Shown piece by piece: positions 23,318 through 36,400 of a DNA stretch of 64,000 nt (its first letter is position 1; every line of letters begins with the position of its first letter). This DNA comes from Basidiobolus meristosporus CBS 931.73 (Eukaryota > Fungi > Basidiobolomycota): the NCBI GenBank assembly GCA_002104905.1, contig MCFE01000358.1, forward strand, positions 23,647-87,646, written 5' to 3'. The position numbers and the translations under genes are program-made. The notes below the pieces were generated by a model that was not told where the DNA came from, searched no databases, and saw only the letters and a program-made list of their open reading frames with translations.

Positions 23318-24405
23318 GTCCAAACCGACGGTCAATATTTCTATCAGCTACTTCACTACCATCCCTCATAATAGTATTAACAATAAAATTAATTCATTCT
23401 AATCATACCATATATTTACTCGCTTTATTGATTTGAAAAATATGATCTTCATCCTGTTTTTCGTGAGGCGTTTTCCATGTATATTTCGGAGTTCCCCCAT
23501 GCTTTGCAAATATTCATTTGCCTGTGATTCGTTCACCAAATGTGATGGGTGCCTTTAATGCTACTAATATACACCGTTTTTCTCGGCGATTACTCATCAA
23601 AAACCACAATATAGGAGCATTTATTCTGGCTGAGTTACGTGTTTAGGTACCGGAGTCCAAAGGAAGTACTATACTTGTATCTCGTCATATCAAATTTACA
23701 CATTTGCACTATTGAGTACCACAAAGTAACATATAGATGCTGATCAATTGGGGGACGGGTAAAGTACTGCTTATGGCTGATGGGCACCAATACTACATAG
23801 TGGATTCAGCTGGGACGACCCTTCAGCCACCAACATTTCTTATAGCCCATTTCCCATACCCCGAAGGCCAAAAGCACAAGAATGGTCTGGTCTGTGGGGA
23901 CGGTTTGTTCGTAATCAACAACAAGGTTTTCACTTACCAAAATTGTCAACGGACCTAGATGGCAGCATATTGTGGAGATTGGCCTGGTCACCAATTTATC
24001 AAGTCGTACTCTCCGCAAACTGCCTGCCGAAATGGGAAGGTATACAATGACTAATGAGAATCTTACGAGTTTTCTCACTCTCCAATCTGTGTAGATATAG
24101 TGACCTATCTCCGGATTCGGATGGACCAATGGGTAGCATTCCAATATTTACTCAAACAATAAAGTTAGAGTTCTCTAGTGTAACAGTCGAATTCCATCTC
24201 CATTTTAGTATAAATTACTCGCTGGTTTGGCAATTTCGGTAACCTTAAAGCCTCCCGTAGCGCAACTGGGTATAGTAAGCAATGGTAGCACAAGTGCTTA
24301 TATGAAGTCGGTTGTATAGTAACTACAAGCTCGGGGTGTGGGTGTATATAAAGCCTTCAACCTGCTGGGTATAATCATAAGTAATTTGCTACTTTCTACT
24401 CTACA

Positions 24406-25716
24406 ATGAGAATCAACAGTCCTTTGGGACAAGTACTCCTGGTGGGTTTTGTCTGCTTCGCATGCCCCGGCATGTTCAACGTCATCAACGGTATGGGTGC
24501 CGGTGGTCAAATGGACGATAACACAGCCAAGAACGGAAATGTCGCCCTTTATTCTTGCTTTGCCGTGTTCGGATGCCTAGGTGGTGGTTTCTACAACATT
24601 CTCGGTGGTCGTCTTTGCTTGTGCCTCGGTGGTTTGACTTACGCTTTGTACTCTGGCTCGCTCCTCTACTACAACGAGACCAAGAAGCCGGCATTCGTGA
24701 TCATTGCCAGTGCCATCCTTGGTGTTGGTGCCGGTATTCTGTGGACAGCCCAGGGTGTGGTGATGATGTCGTATCCCGCGGAAGATCAGAAGGGTCGCTG
24801 TGTCGGTCTGTTCTGGATTCTGTTCAACCTGGGTGGTGTGATGGGAGCCTTCATTCCATTCGGCCTCAACTTCCACTCTGACAAGGGAGCCGTCAGCAAC
24901 AGCACCTACCTCGCCTTCCTCGTGATCATGATTCTCGGCGCTCTCCTCGGACTCATTCTCTTGCCTCCTGGCAAGGTGATCCGCGACGATGGCAGCAGAG
25001 TAGTCGTGAAGAAGTTCACCAACATCGGTGGTGAGATCGTGGACATCCTCAAGCTCTTCACCAACAAGTACATGCTCCTGCTCACCCCGTTGTTCATCAG
25101 CTCCAACTGGTTCTACTCCTACCAGTTCGGCGCCGTGAACGGAGTGTTGTTCAACCTTCGCACCCGTTCCCTCAACAACGCCCTGTACTGGGGATCTCAG
25201 ATGCTTGGTGCCTACGGCTTGGGAGCCTTCCTCGACAACCCTCGCTTCGGTCGTCGTGCCAGAGCTGTGTATGGACTGGCGATTGTTGGAGTGATCTTCT
25301 CAGCCACCTGGGCCGGAGGACTTGCCCTTCAGCTCCAATACACTCGTGAGGATCACCCCTCGAACATCGACTTCATCGACCACCCCAGCGAGTTCTGGCC
25401 CAAGTTCATCCTGTACATCTTCTATGGCATGTGTGATGCCATGTTGCAAACCTATGCCTACTGGGTCATGGGAGCCTTGTCGAACGACTCATCAGTGCTT
25501 GCTCGCTACGCTGGCTACTACAAGGGCATCCAATCAGCCGGAGCTGCCATTGCCTGGAGAATCGATGCTGTCGGCACTGCCTTCCTCACCCAGCTGATCA
25601 TCAACTGGGGACTGTTCACTCTGTCTCTTCCATTCACCTACTTCGTAGCACGTGAGGTCAAGGAGACCTGTAACGATGGCGCTGAAGAGAAGGGCGAGGT
25701 GGCTGACAAGGAGTAA
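24406..25716 (+). CDS. Type A copy 10 (436 aa, intact)
   Basis: Intact ORF; one substitution (VGVIF). TATATAAA at 24345. Confidence 0.92.
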   Translation: MRINSPLGQVLLVGFVCFACPGMFNVINGMGAGGQMDDNTAKNGNVALYSCFAVFGCLGGGFYNILGGRLCLCLGGLTYALYSGSLLYYNETKKPAFVIIASAILGVGAGILWTAQGVVMMSYPAEDQKGRCVGLFWILFNLGGVMGAFIPFGLNFHSDKGAVSNSTYLAFLVIMILGALLGLILLPPGKVIRDDGSRVVVKKFTNIGGEIVDILKLFTNKYMLLLTPLFISSNWFYSYQFGAVNGVLFNLRTRSLNNALYWGSQMLGAYGLGAFLDNPRFGRRARAVYGLAIVGVIFSATWAGGLALQLQYTREDHPSNIDFIDHPSEFWPKFILYIFYGMCDAMLQTYAYWVMGALSNDSSVLARYAGYYKGIQSAGAAIAWRIDAVGTAFLTQLIINWGLFTLSLPFTYFVAREVKETCNDGAEEKGEVADKE

Positions 25717-26554
25717 AAGCATCGTGTATCTAAGTTCTGTAATAACCTACTCTAATTGTCAATTGAATAAATAGTAATGAATATTATTGAGTTTTCAACT
25801 TCTCCCAATGACAGTTAATTGGAATGTGAACCGTATCATCAAGCTGATCTATTAGAGTTAATTTGTCCTACGTTCCACAGTGCTGTTTGATTGGATGAGT
25901 CATCATTACCTTGGAAACAGTCCAATATATAGCAAGGGTTAGAAGATGGAGCTGCTGTACCGTTGTGATCAAGTGGAGTTTGTTGTCTCTAAACTATCGA
26001 TATTATAAACACACACGAAGTCTTGAATATTTCAATGCTTTGACTTCCAATGTCTTTCATAATCTGCAGGTTTACTGGTGTCACTGGCTAGTTACTGTTG
26101 GTAATACTGATCACTCCTTTGCTGTGGACAAGTAAGAGTAGGGTTCACCCGCACTGCACGTTTAGCGTGAGAGAATTTGGTATGAGCATATCCATGTCAA
26201 TAAGTGAAGTGCTCGATCACTTAACCCCTCATTTCTAGTAAACATTTTATCGAATTCAAGTTCAAACCCGTTTCTTACAATCAAGTGCAAGTGTCACTCT
26301 GGCTAAGTGGACAGAATCTGTAAGGTTGTAGAGATGGGGCTTCTGAATATTGATGAAACCGTAAAGTTGAGTCTAGTGATGTTACTATTCCTAAAGAGGG
26401 ATTCTTCTGCACTCACTATGCCAATTTATTGCTGTAACAGTTTTGGGGATTCTGTGGCTTTCACTTGATGATTTAGTGAGTGGTAAATTGGGATACATAC
26501 TTTTCCAGGGTCTTAAAAAGATTCCATGTAAAATATGCCTAGAGAGGTCTCAAG

Positions 26555-26844
26555 TGTTGTAGGAACTTGGAGGTATTGAAAGTAGTTGGGAAAATAAGCA
26601 TTGTATGTGGCTTTCAATCAATGATTTATTGGATGTAAAAACAGTGTTTATACTACTGCATAGTGCTGGCAAAAAGCCTAAAGAATATGCTCAAAAAGGT
26701 CCCAAGAGCATGTCTGCAATATATGGGGCTGTTTGGACAGCTGTGAAAATCTTCAATATTTAGGTACCTGATATTTTAATGAGATATCATAAATAGATCC
26801 TGACAAGGAATCTGGTCAAAATTATCTATAATCCTCCTATAACA
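26555..26844 (-). mobile_element. Degenerate copia LTR fragment
   Basis: Starts TGTTGTAGG and resembles the reverse complement of the LTR family at 40655; no matching TSD. Confidence 0.5.
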
Positions 26845-27747
26845 ATAATCTTGTCCTGCAGGTGGTACACATATGCTTGGTTGCCACCACTTTTGCCTTG
26901 AATATCTCTTGAATATCTGAAAAATACTTTTTGTTACTGAGCTAATATATTCCCTTGTCCTGCTGGATTCTAGTCCCCTTTATAAGTGTAAAGTGTGTGC
27001 ATCATGGCTGGGAGGTGTGTTACAATAGCCATATGGTTATTTTCTCTTCTCTTACAGCATTGCATCAAAGTAGTCCTGTCCATGGGTAAACAGCTTGACA
27101 CTCAACAACATAATACTATTATATCACTTTTTAGTTAATACTCATGTGAACTTAAGACAGTCTGATGTCTGAGGTATTACACCTACATGAATGTAAGATT
27201 CAATGATAACCCACCATAGTAAGCATCATAAATAAATCTGTGGCCCCAAACACACATGTACATAGATTGCTATTTCCCCTTATGATTGACTCACTACCAT
27301 ATATATATGTCACCAAAAAATGAAGTAAAGTTGTCTGGTTCCCAACCATGCCCCATGGCTGACAGTAGCGGAAGAATGTTTGAAGAACAGCTTGTTTCAA
27401 TGTTCAGTACAACAAGCAAGGTTACAACCTAAAAAGGCCATGCTGACAGTGTGCACTCTGAAGGTAATAATGTGGACTCCTTAGGCTCTTGGTCAAGTAT
27501 GCAACTAAGAATCTCTTTGGAGCTGCAAGCTGTCCATAATTCTCAGGCGGATGAGAATGCAATCAATGCAGTACCTCCAGCAGAAGACCAACAAATGGCT
27601 ATTGCAGCATCCCCACCAGCAGTGTTAGCAAGTAAGTTTTCAGCTTATACCAAAGCCTTAATAAGGCATTAGGTGCAGTGGCTAATAGGATGGATGCAAT
27701 GGCTTGAGAAATCAGGAAATAGTCAAAAGCCAGGATGAGCAGACAAT

Positions 27748-28481
27748 AGACTTGTTCCGTTGGATAGTGCCACATTGAGCCATGAGTGCCAAATGATGCC
27801 ATAGTGTGCCAGGGAGGCCAAGTGAGCCTATACTTGGCCACAGAGTGTGAAACACAGCTCTGCATCTTCATGCAAAGCAGCCCCTGTGTTTCACCCATTG
27901 AGCTGGAAAAAATCCATTTTTTTACCTTTTTTTTTGAATCAATGTCATGCAGGATGTGTAAGAGCACAAAAAGATATAAGACATGCATTGGGTACTCAAT
28001 ACCCATGGCACTCTGAATCTAGCTCCTGTAGCTTGTATCATGTCATAAAAATGAACGGCACTATCTTGGTCCACTGGTACTATCTGGCACTATAAGTGCT
28101 TTATATAGGTTTAACTTTAGGGCTAATATTTAAGTATAGTGCCAGATAGTACCAGTGGACCAAGATAGTGCCATTCATATTTGTGACATGATACAAGTCA
28201 CAGGAACTAGATTCAGAGTGCCATGGGTGTTGAGTATCAGATGCATGTCTTCAGTCCTTCTGTGCTCTCACACATCCTGAACAATATTGATTCAAAAAAA
28301 AAGGTCAAAAAATGGATTTTCTCCAGCTCAATGGGTGAAACACAGGGGCTGCTTTGCATGAAGATGCAGAGCTGTGTTTCACACTCTGTGGCCAAGTATA
28401 GGCTCACTTGGCCTCCCTGGCACAGTATGGCATCATTTGGCACTCATGGCTCAATGTGGCACTATCCAACAGAACAAGTCT
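27748..28481. mobile_element. 734-bp foldback/MITE-like element with ~345-bp inverted arms
   Basis: The left arm AGACTTGTTCCGTTGGATAGTGCC... is the reverse complement of the right arm ...GGCACTATCCAACAGAACAAGTCT. It is flanked by AAT on both sides and has no coding capacity. Confidence 0.85.
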
Positions 28482-28816
28482 AATATGTGTAGAGCAATCA
28501 ATTTCCCAGGTAGAGAATCAGTATCTCTGCTGCAAAGAAGGAACTCTAGTAGCTCAATGTCACAGTCAAGAACTGAGTCATCCCACAATATGACAGCAGA
28601 GGAACACTGTAAATTCTTTGAAGCACAACAACAGTGCCCAAAGATAAAGCCCCCAGAGCAACCTATTGCAGCATGGAAGAGAGAGACTGTCATCTTTATA
28701 CTGAAGCCTAAAAGTCAAATGTCACTGAAGATTGGTGAAGTCATTGAGTGTTATAATGAAGAGTAGGCTAGTTCTCAGGAGGACATAAGAAGACTAACAT
28801 GCCATCACCTGAAGGC

Positions 28817-29378
28817 TGTTGCAATATTCTATGGAGTATTGGAAGTGATGTGGAGAACCAGAGTAAATACATGCTACTCACTTGTAAATTCATTGATTAA
28901 AAGTATGGCATTGATAGTATTGACAAAGAAAGGCAAACAAACATGTCATGTTTATTAAGGAATATCCTAAGAATATATGTGCACAATTTGGGGTCTTTTG
29001 GACAACTTGGAGTAATGTTATAACATAGACTTGTTCCATTGTGACATTGATCATAGTGCCAGAAAGTGCTGTATATGCTGTTATTAATTTGCTATTTTAG
29101 GGTCATATGCATGTCAATTTTGATCCCAAATTGGCACAGTATGGCACCATCTGGCACTCTGTGGCATGATCAGGCACCATCTGGAATGCTATGGCACTAT
29201 TGGGCACTATGATCAGCTGAAATGATGGAACAAGTCTTATGTGTACCTGATAGCTTGGTAAAAGTATTATTAGTAAGTCCTGAGCGGAAAGCTGGCCAGG
29301 ACAGAATGCTAATAACTGAATAAGATCTATGTGACTAAGTTACCATAATATATAGGTGACAGCTTCATAATTATAACA
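28817..29378 (-). mobile_element. Solo LTR (copia-related) interrupted by a MITE
   Basis: Termini TGTTGCAA...TTATAACA, 5-bp TSD AAGGC, empty site at ~38520 (cacctcAAGGCtggcatacc). Homologous to the solo LTR at 57146. Confidence 0.85.
29027..29237. mobile_element. 211-bp MITE with the same termini as the foldback element
   Basis: AGACTTGTTCCAT...ATGGAACAAGTCT termini; internal tandem TGGCAC motifs. Confidence 0.8.
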
Positions 29379-29546
29379 AAGGCTGGCATACCAAGGGACC
29401 ATCAGGAACTGAAGGCCAGGAAGAATGCTCATAACTTGCTCCATCAGCATTATCATGGATTCAAACAAGCAAACATATTATGGGTTAGCATTAGTATGGT
29501 TACAAAGTATCTCAAGAATTGCATAAACTATCAGAGGCAGAAGTGC

Positions 29547-32500
29547 TATTGTAAGAATTTGTAATCCCACCTGAATGTTCACCTAACATAGTCACTTAAA
29601 TCATTACCTACAAATCTTGGTGATTACTGAACAAATTCCTTGTTGAGGATTACATGAAATATCTTCACCAAAATACCAGGTACCCAGAACATGAAAATTC
29701 TCAAAGTTGTCCAAACAGCCCCACACTTTGCCCACATGCTCTTGGAACCTTCCTTAACCTATTCTATGTGTTTGCAATGCCAAGACCAGGTAAAGCCACA
29801 ACCATGCAAAGCACAACCACTATTTTTGCATTCAATAAATCATTATGTGCAAGCCACTTGATCTACTTGTTCTTCCAATCACCTCCTATGTCTCCATGCC
29901 TCTTACCACTTGTTACAAGTGCCAAGATGTCAATCTTGGCAATATCCACTCCTGCTTTTGCTTGAATTTTTCTCTATGCAGAAAAGTTGGATGGAACTAA
30001 CTACCAAGTGTGGAGGGTGATGATGAAAATGCTGCCACAAGAAAGAGGCCTTTGGGATAATGTTACGGCAGAGGAATGACTTTGTAAAAATGTTGGAGAG
30101 GAAGCCTGAGCTAATAGAAGAAAGAACAAAGTGCCTTTAATTGCATTTGCCTCAATGTTTATGGCAAATTGCTAAATCAATGGTCAAAAGCAAAAATGGC
30201 AAAAAATGACTGAAAGGCATTTGAGGACACCTACCAGCCATGTTCAGCTGCAAAGAGAATGCATCTTAGACAAAAACTCTTTACCACAAAGATGCTGCCA
30301 GTAGAAGAAATGAAAATTCTATCAACAGAATTACACTGTCAATTGACACAATGGAATCTGCAGGTGTATCAGCTACTGATGAGGATGCAATAGCTTCCAT
30401 CCTGAGTAGCCTGATAAGCAAGTTTCAGGTCCTTGTATCAGCTGTAGAGTCCAGAACTGAAGATTGGGTCTTAAGTTACATATATGCAAGGCTCCTGGAT
30501 GAAGAATTAAGAACATCAAGTGCCAATAAGAAGGAAGAGAAATATGCCTTAATAAGCAATGACAACCAACAAAGGAGGTACCCAAGACCCTTTAAAGGCA
30601 GTAGTAACCTGTTTTGCAACTACTGCAAAAGGAAAGGATACTCATTAGACCAGTACTGCAAAAAGGGTGATAATAAGCAGAAAAAACCCAAATATGGAAA
30701 TGCTGCAACAACTGAAGATAGACTATTCCTATCTACACTAAATATGGCCACAAACAAGGATTCTCAGACACAGTATATTGACTCCGGAGCATTCAACACT
30801 TTGCACACCAAAAAGTTCTTTTTAACCAATGTCAAGAAGTTCCACCTAAATACTCACCTAGTTTAGTCACCCAGATCATTACCTACAGACCTTTGTGAAT
30901 ATCAACCAAATTCCTTGCCAGGAGCTACTTGAATATTTTCACCAAAATATCAATAAGTGAGAACCACATAATCTACTTGCTCACTTAATCACTTCCAATA
31001 TCCCCATGACTCCTACAACAGGTTATGAGCCCCAGGCTGTCACTATCTGCAATGTCTACCACTGCTACTACTGGAATGTTTCCCTCTGCTAAAAAGTTGG
31101 ATGGATTCCACTACCAAGTGTGGAAGGTGAAGATGAAGATGCTGCTACAAGAAAGAGGTCTTTGGGATACTGTGATGGGAGAAGAATGCTATCCTAAAAA
31201 TGTGGCAGAGGAAGCCTTAAAGTACCAGAAGTAAGAACTAAGTGCCTTTAGCAATACTTGCCTTAATATCAAAGACAAAATGTTCATTCAATGCTCAAGA
31301 GCTAAAATGGCAAACAATGCCTAGGAGGCATTGGAGGACAATTACCAGTCATGCTCAGCTGTTAAGAAAATAGACTTGTTCCATTGTGCCATTAATCATA
31401 GTGCCAGAAAGTGCTGTATATTTTTTTATTAATTTGATATTTTAGGGTCATATGCATGTCAATTTTGATCCCAAATTGGCACAGTATGGCACCATCTGGC
31501 ATGCTATGGCACTATTGGGCACTCTGATCAGCTGGAATGATGGTACAAGTCTATGTATCTTGGACAAAAAAATTTATTACAAAGATGCTGCCAGGTGAAG
31601 AAATGAAAAGTTTGATTAACAGAATTACCCAGCTGGTAGATGATATGGAATATCTGGGTGTACCAGCTACAGATGAAGATGTGATAGTTACCATCCTGAA
31701 TAGCCCAACAGGCAAGCTTCAGGGCATTGTATCTGCACTAGAGTCCAGAACTGAAGATTTGACCTTTAATTATATATATGGAAGGCTCCTGGATGAAGAA
31801 TTAAGAAAATTCAGTGCCAAGAAGTAGCAAAAAGATGCTTTAATAAGCAAAGATAACCAGCGAAGGAGGTAGTCAAAACCCTTTAAAATCAATAGCAACC
31901 TGATTTGCAACTACTGCAAATGGAAAGGATGCACATCAGACTGGTGCCTCAAAAAGAGAGATAGTCAGCAGAAAAAGCCTGAGTTTGGAAATGTTGTATC
32001 TGCATCAGATATGACCACAAACAAGAATTATCAGATGCTATAAATTGACTCTGGAGCATCTCAGCACTTTATACATCAAAAGGACATTTTAACTGATATC
32101 AAGAAATTCCAATTAAGAAGGTTTTCTTGGGTGACAATAGCATACTTGATGCAATGTGAGAAGGAACCATCCAAGTTGACCTTAGAAGCAGTGAAGGATG
32201 ACATACACTTACCTTTAAAGAAGTACTCTGAGCCAGAAATAGCCAAGATCTTACCATCTGTAAGCATGGCCACAGCAGAAGGACTCTGTCTTAGCTATTA
32301 GCAATTCTTGATGCTGATCACTGTACAGAATTGTGCCCATATTGCTTTGGGTTTTGGAGATCAGAATATATACCAGTTGACTCATGGTCCATCATATCTG
32401 GAAGCCAATATAAGTAATTCAAACACAAATGCCTTTGCACCAAAGAGTTGAACTCATCAATTTTCATTATTTGCACCAAATGATCAATGATCAGCTAATA

Positions 32501-32640
32501 TCTGGAGTAAAAATTGATCCCCCAGCTAATTTAGAGCACTGTGAGGCCTGCATATATGGGAAACAAGCCAGACAACTGTTCAAGAGCTCTGAGTTAATCA
32601 AAACTAAGAAAAAATTAGATCTAATTCAATCCTGACAAGG
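29547..32640 (+). mobile_element. Two juxtaposed degenerate Ty1/copia fragments (LTR-gag, then LTR-gag-protease-integrase start)
   Basis: LTR-like at ~29547-29909 and ~30850-31020, PBS GGTTATGAGCCC at 31021. Gag remnants (YQVWKVKMKMLLQERGLWD; CNYCKRKG) carry many stops and frameshifts. Confidence 0.75.
31372..31552. mobile_element. 181-bp MITE inserted in a copia gag remnant
   Basis: Same termini and body as 29027-29237; interrupts the aagaaaatgtatct site seen intact in elements A and B. Confidence 0.8.
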
Positions 32641-33233
32641 GATTTGGTCAGTATTCTCTATGGTTTGCAGGAAATGATCTAAGCAACTAAGTTAGGTGAA
32701 TATATAGGTGGAATTATGAATTTTTACAACACTTCCACACAGCTAAATGCTCACAGTGACTAGTCCTAATTTTGACCCAAGATATTCAAGCTTGTCTCTA
32801 GCTAATGGTTTGGTAAATATGTCTGAAATCATTTCATCTGAAGGACAGGAATACCAGAATCACAAACCAGGAGATCCAACCAGACCAGAAATAGCCCAAA
32901 TTAGTATATCAATCAGGGTACAAACTTAGCCTATGCCTATTCAGTCCATGTTGATGGGCCCCAGACTGTAAAGAGGCTCTAAATAGTCCTCAGACTAAGT
33001 TTTGGAGTACTTCTATATTAGGCAAGTACCTGCGCCAGTACCCGTGACACATGATCAACCAGTGTCACCATCCCTACCACTTCCATACCATTTATGGTAT
33101 CCATATGTTACAGAGGTTTCAGAATACTGATTCCTGATTGGATGGATGTGCTGTGCCTCTTAGAACCTTCTGGCACCTACCTGGAACATTCTTGGGTCAT
33201 TCTGATGCCATTAAGATTTCAATTGATATCCAG

Positions 33234-34521
33234 AACCTTCTGGAACACCATGATTAGTAATCACTTAGCCAGTGATAAAAGTATATATGGGAGGCTATCC
33301 CTCAACAATAAATCATCATCCCTTTTTTCAATATACCAACTTGTTGATTATTGTGATCACTGCTACCTGCTGCTACCTGAACTTCCAACCCCAGACCACA
33401 GGACACTCCCAGGAAACCACGCTGACAGCCAACTGACCTTGGAGGCACTACTTGTGAGGAATACTCAGAGTAGGTATCTTTTATTATATTTGATTCTTTC
33501 CCAAGTTTGTTCTTGTACAGGCAAAGATACTTTTCTGTCTTTGTAACTATTGACCACAGCTGCATTCTTATCAAGTCCCTGCTGGTGGAGTTTACAGTTG
33601 TTTTGACTTTGGAAGCTTTAGTACATTGTCATCTCAAAGGATGCTGAACCCAGCACATACTTTTGTTAAGACACCAACTAAGTTGGGGATTGTAGCTCAA
33701 TAGTTTTCCCTTGACAAGCTTGTGGCTTTATTCCCCTTCACATTAGATTAGAGACAGAATCCAAGTATTCCTAGCAAGCTTTTGTCAGAGGTTATTGCAC
33801 CCAGTGAACACCCCACCCACAAAACACTTGAGAAGTGTTGGACATATCTCTCCCTTGGACCTATACACCACCGCACCATAACCTTCTGGAACACCATGAT
33901 TAGTAATCACTTAGCCAGTGAGAAAAGTACATAAGGGAGGCTATCCCTCAACAATAAATCATCATCCCTTTTATCAATATACTGACTTGTTGATTAGTGT
34001 GATCACTGCTACCTGCTGCTACCTGAACTTCCAACCCCAGACCACAGGACACTTCCAGGAAACCACGCTGACAGCCAACTGACCTTGGAGGCACTACTTG
34101 TGAGGAATACTCCAGGTAGGTATCTTTTATTATATTTGATTCTTTCCCAAGTTTGTTCTTGTACAGGCAAAGATACTTTTCTATCTTTGTAACTATTGAC
34201 CACAGCTGCATTCTTATCAAGTCCCTGCTGGTGGAGTTTACAGTTGTTGTGACTTTGGAAGCTTTAGTACATTGTCATCTCAAAGGATGCTGAACCCAGC
34301 ACATACTTTTGCTAAGATGCCAACTAAGTTGGGGATTGTGGCTCAATAGTTTTCCCTTGACAAGCTTGTGGCTTTATTCCCCTTCACATTAGATTAGAGA
34401 CAGAACCCAAGTATTCCTAGCAAGCTTTTGCCAGAGGTTATTGCACCCAGTGAGTGCCCCACACACAAAACACTTGAGAAGTGTTGGACGTATCTCTCCC
34501 TTGGACTTATACACCACCACA
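33234..34521. repeat. Head-to-tail duplication with a 646-bp period (unclassified)
   Basis: aaccttctggaacaccatg starts at both 33234 and 33880; the units are highly similar throughout. Confidence 0.85.
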
Positions 34522-34536
34522 ATGGTTCCAAATTTG

Positions 34537-36400
34537 GCACAGTGTATACTAAGAAACTGCCTGGAAACCAGTCAAAACTTGAGCCAAAAGCTGTAAATAC
34601 ATACCTTTTGGGCTACTGCAATTAGATTAAGGCATGCAGACTCTACAGCACCAAAGCAGAGAAGCTGATCAAGTCCAGGTATGTATGTTTTAGTGAAAAT
34701 TCAAATTTTTTGCAAGAAATGACATCAGATGTTGACAAAGACTGATCTCATGTCCAACAATATTTGGTATTGAATCTGACCAATGATGAAAGCTTCTGCG
34801 CTCCACAGGACTCTGCAGCCATGATTCAACCAGAATCAGAGCCTAAGAATATCCCAGAAGTGATCATGTCAGCATTACAAACAAGGAGATCCAGCAGACC
34901 GGATATTGCCCTAACTATTATATCAATGAGGGTGCAAACTTAGCCTATGCCACTCCAGCTATATTGATGAGCCCCAGACTGTAAAAGAGGCCCTAAATAG
35001 CCCTTAGACAAAGTTTTGGAGATTTCTGATGACTGAGGAGTATCAGGCCCTGATAGTATATCAAAATTGAGACTTGGTCAGATTACCAGTCAACCAAAAA
35101 CAAATGAATGCAGATGGGGCTTCCAGACAGAATACAGTGCTGATGGTACAATCAAAAGATACAAAGCAAGACTTGTGGCCAAAAGAAGCTCTCAGACATA
35201 AGGACTTGACTCTACTGAGACCATTGCACATGCAGCCACATTTAATTCTATCTGAATAATATTTACTATTGCAGCCAAATTTAGGTTTTATATTCATCAA
35301 ATGGGTACAACAGCTGCATCTTTGAATGGAGAACTTGATGAGGACACTCACATGGACCAGCTGGATGGGCTTGCCAACCAAGATAATACCCATTTGGTCT
35401 GCAAGCTCAAAGAATTTCTATATGGTATGAAGCAATCACCAAGAGCCTGCAACTGCAAGATAGATTCCTATTTGGAATCTTTGAGTTTCCAAAGAAATAT
35501 TGCTTACTACAATATCTACTATAAGCCAGACAGAGCAAATCTAATTCTATTGGCACTATGTGTGGATGATCTTATTGCAGCCATGAATGACCAAGACACA
35601 ATGAAAGTGACCAAGTTCAGCCTATCTAAGGAGTTCAAGATGTCAAACATAGGTGAACTTTGGTACTACCTAGGGATAGAGTTCTCCATAGACAGAAGTA
35701 CCCAGACTAGTACCTCAAGTCAATCCAAGTATACTCAAGATATACTAAGGAAGTACCAAATGGAAGACTGCAAATTGGCAGCTAGCCCAATAGAGACACA
35801 TCTCAACTTGGTCAAAACTCAACCAAATCAAGAAGATTTGGTGCCATCTGAAAGCCCAGAATTCCCTTTGAAGTCCATGGTTGCAGTCTAATGTATATCA
35901 TGCTAGAAACATGTCCAGATATCTACTCTTCAGCAGGTGTTGTCAGCTAACATACTCAGAACTATGGATCTGATCATATTGCAGCAGTTAAGTGGATATT
36001 TTAATACTGAAGAGGAACTGCTGACTTCTGCTTAAGTTACACCCACAAAAGTTCAGGACATGAGCTTTTGGAATGCTCTGAAGCTGATTGGGGGCAAAAT
36101 TTAGAAGACAGAGTATCTGCAACAGGATACACCTTTCTTGACTCTAAAGGAGCAATTTCATGTTATTCCAGAAAGCAATCAACTGCAACACTGTCCATCA
36201 CAGAAGCAGAGTATATGGCAGCCTGTGAAGCTATAGAAAAAGCACTATGGCTAAGAAAGCTTTTCAAAGACTTAGACCCACGTCAAAAAGTTTCTATTAA
36301 TTTATTTCAAAATAATCATGGATGTATCCAGTTAAGTGGATATGCAACTTTTCATGCTAGAACTGTATACATAGATATTACCAAGACCATCTAAAAGCAC
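34537..36400 (+). mobile_element. Degenerate copia integrase C-terminus, RT and RNase H
   Basis: Fragments such as LKEFLYGMKQSPRA, LCVDDL, SEADWG and [11 protein letters not shown], broken by stops. Confidence 0.8.

Larger units (their letters stand above)
27340..29520. repeat. Old unclassified dispersed repeat hosting later insertions; uninterrupted copy at ~37990-38600
   Basis: Blocks such as gttcccaaccatg...caacaagc and ggctggcatacc...ggaccatcaggaact recur near 38010 and 38526. Confidence 0.6.

Noticed and set aside
1831-25716. Idea that the copies are retrocopies or TE-mobilised cassettes
   Set aside because: No poly(A) tails, TSDs or terminal repeats flank the ORFs, and same-strand tandem order with partly shared flanks fits unequal crossover.
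29130-29215. Tandem TGGCAC motifs with short spacers, superficially CRISPR-like
   Set aside because: The motifs are 5-6 bp, irregular and inside a MITE in a eukaryotic genome, with no cas genes.
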